Part shown: positions 63,183-64,000 of the stretch, piece after piece
Layout of the letters: each line of letters starts with the position of its first letter
Numbering within the stretch: position 1 is the first letter of the stretch
Source of the DNA: Malacoraja senta
Taxonomy: Eukaryota
Direction: 5' to 3'
Assembly (NCBI GenBank): GCA_038087875.1
Contig: CM075988.1
Coordinates: 9,736,001-9,800,000, forward strand
DNA length: 64,000 nt
Program-made: the position numbers and the translations under genes
Notes under the pieces: model-generated
What the model saw: only the letters and a program-made list of their open reading frames with translations
Told to the model about the DNA's origin: nothing
The model's database searches: none

Positions 63183-63570
63183 ATTCATGAGTTCATAAGT
63201 ACCAGGAGCAGAATTAGGCCATTCAGCCCATCAAGTCTACTCTGCCATTCAGTCATGGCTGATCTATCTTTCGCTCTCAACCCCATTCTCCTGCCTTCTC
63301 CCCAAACCCTTGACACCCATACTAACCAAGAATCTATCTGTCTCTGCCTTAAAAATATCCATATCAATTTCCGCCTTAACAAAAATCTATTGACTTGGCA
63401 TCCACTGCCGTTTGTGGCAATGAATTCCACAGATTCGCCACCCTCTGACTAAAGAAATTCCTCCCCGTCTCCTTTCTTCAGGTATGACCTTGTATTCTGA
63501 GGCTATGGCCTTTGGTCCTAGATTGACCCACTAGTGGAAACATCCTCTCCACATCCACTCTATTCAGCCT
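63183..63570 (-). mobile_element. CR1 3' fragment
   Basis: GGAGCAGAATTAGGCCATTC 3' UTR and ORF2 end. Confidence 0.85.
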
Positions 63571-64000
63571 TATAATGCATCATCAGGGTGCTGTGAATCA
63601 CCCTTTGGTCCTCTTGTGTCAGAATCAAGCAACATAAGGCAATGTCACTCCATGTCACAGATGGTGGACTGCAGGTCAGATGTGCCCATCACTACTCACG
63701 TGTCCTCTAATTTACAACTACTCATAATTGATGTTGTGATTGCATGACACAATGATAGAGCAAACCCAGAGAGAGTGCTGCAGAATTAAACCTCATTTAT
63801 TATTTTGGAGGAAAAGGATATCCCTGGATATTTGAATACATTTATGAAGATGGTGAACAAGTCAAGTCATAGAGGTTCCTTCTCAAACTCAGCAAACACA
63901 GGCTACAGCAAGCAACTCATTCAACTAAAAGCATAGGACATTGCCACTGCAAGCGAATATGTTTTTGGAACTAAATTCCAAAGGTGATTTCACAACAACA

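Overview
Eukaryotic, repeat-dominated non-coding DNA. The repeat set (tRNA-derived HE1/V-SINE-type SINEs with (TAAAC)n tails, CR1/HER1-type LINEs with (TTTCTATG)n tails, many Penelope pLTR fragments) points to an elasmobranch, probably a skate or ray; this is an inference. I recognise no host protein-coding exon, rRNA, true tRNA or CRISPR array. Most ORFs in the track are transposon remnants or chance ORFs. The main elements are: a full-length decayed DIRS1 tyrosine-recombinase retrotransposon (8417-13282) with intact terminal geometry; a young 5'-truncated L1-clade LINE with a 14-bp TSD (33495-35241); a palindromic Penelope (GIY-YIG) insertion with hammerhead-like cores (39967-41110); a near-full-length decayed Rex1/Babar LINE (about 48690-54455) with a nested Harbinger derivative and a nested CR1; several MITEs; and short bipartite LINE derivatives. 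The most unusual observations are structural: a 182-bp duplication around the Harbinger, a locally templated inverted insert inside a CR1 tail, asymmetric conservation of the DIRS termini, and many minimal hammerhead-like motifs. I cannot support a wholly new biological system from sequence alone. Family names come from motif recognition, not database searches, and boundaries of old repeats are approximate.
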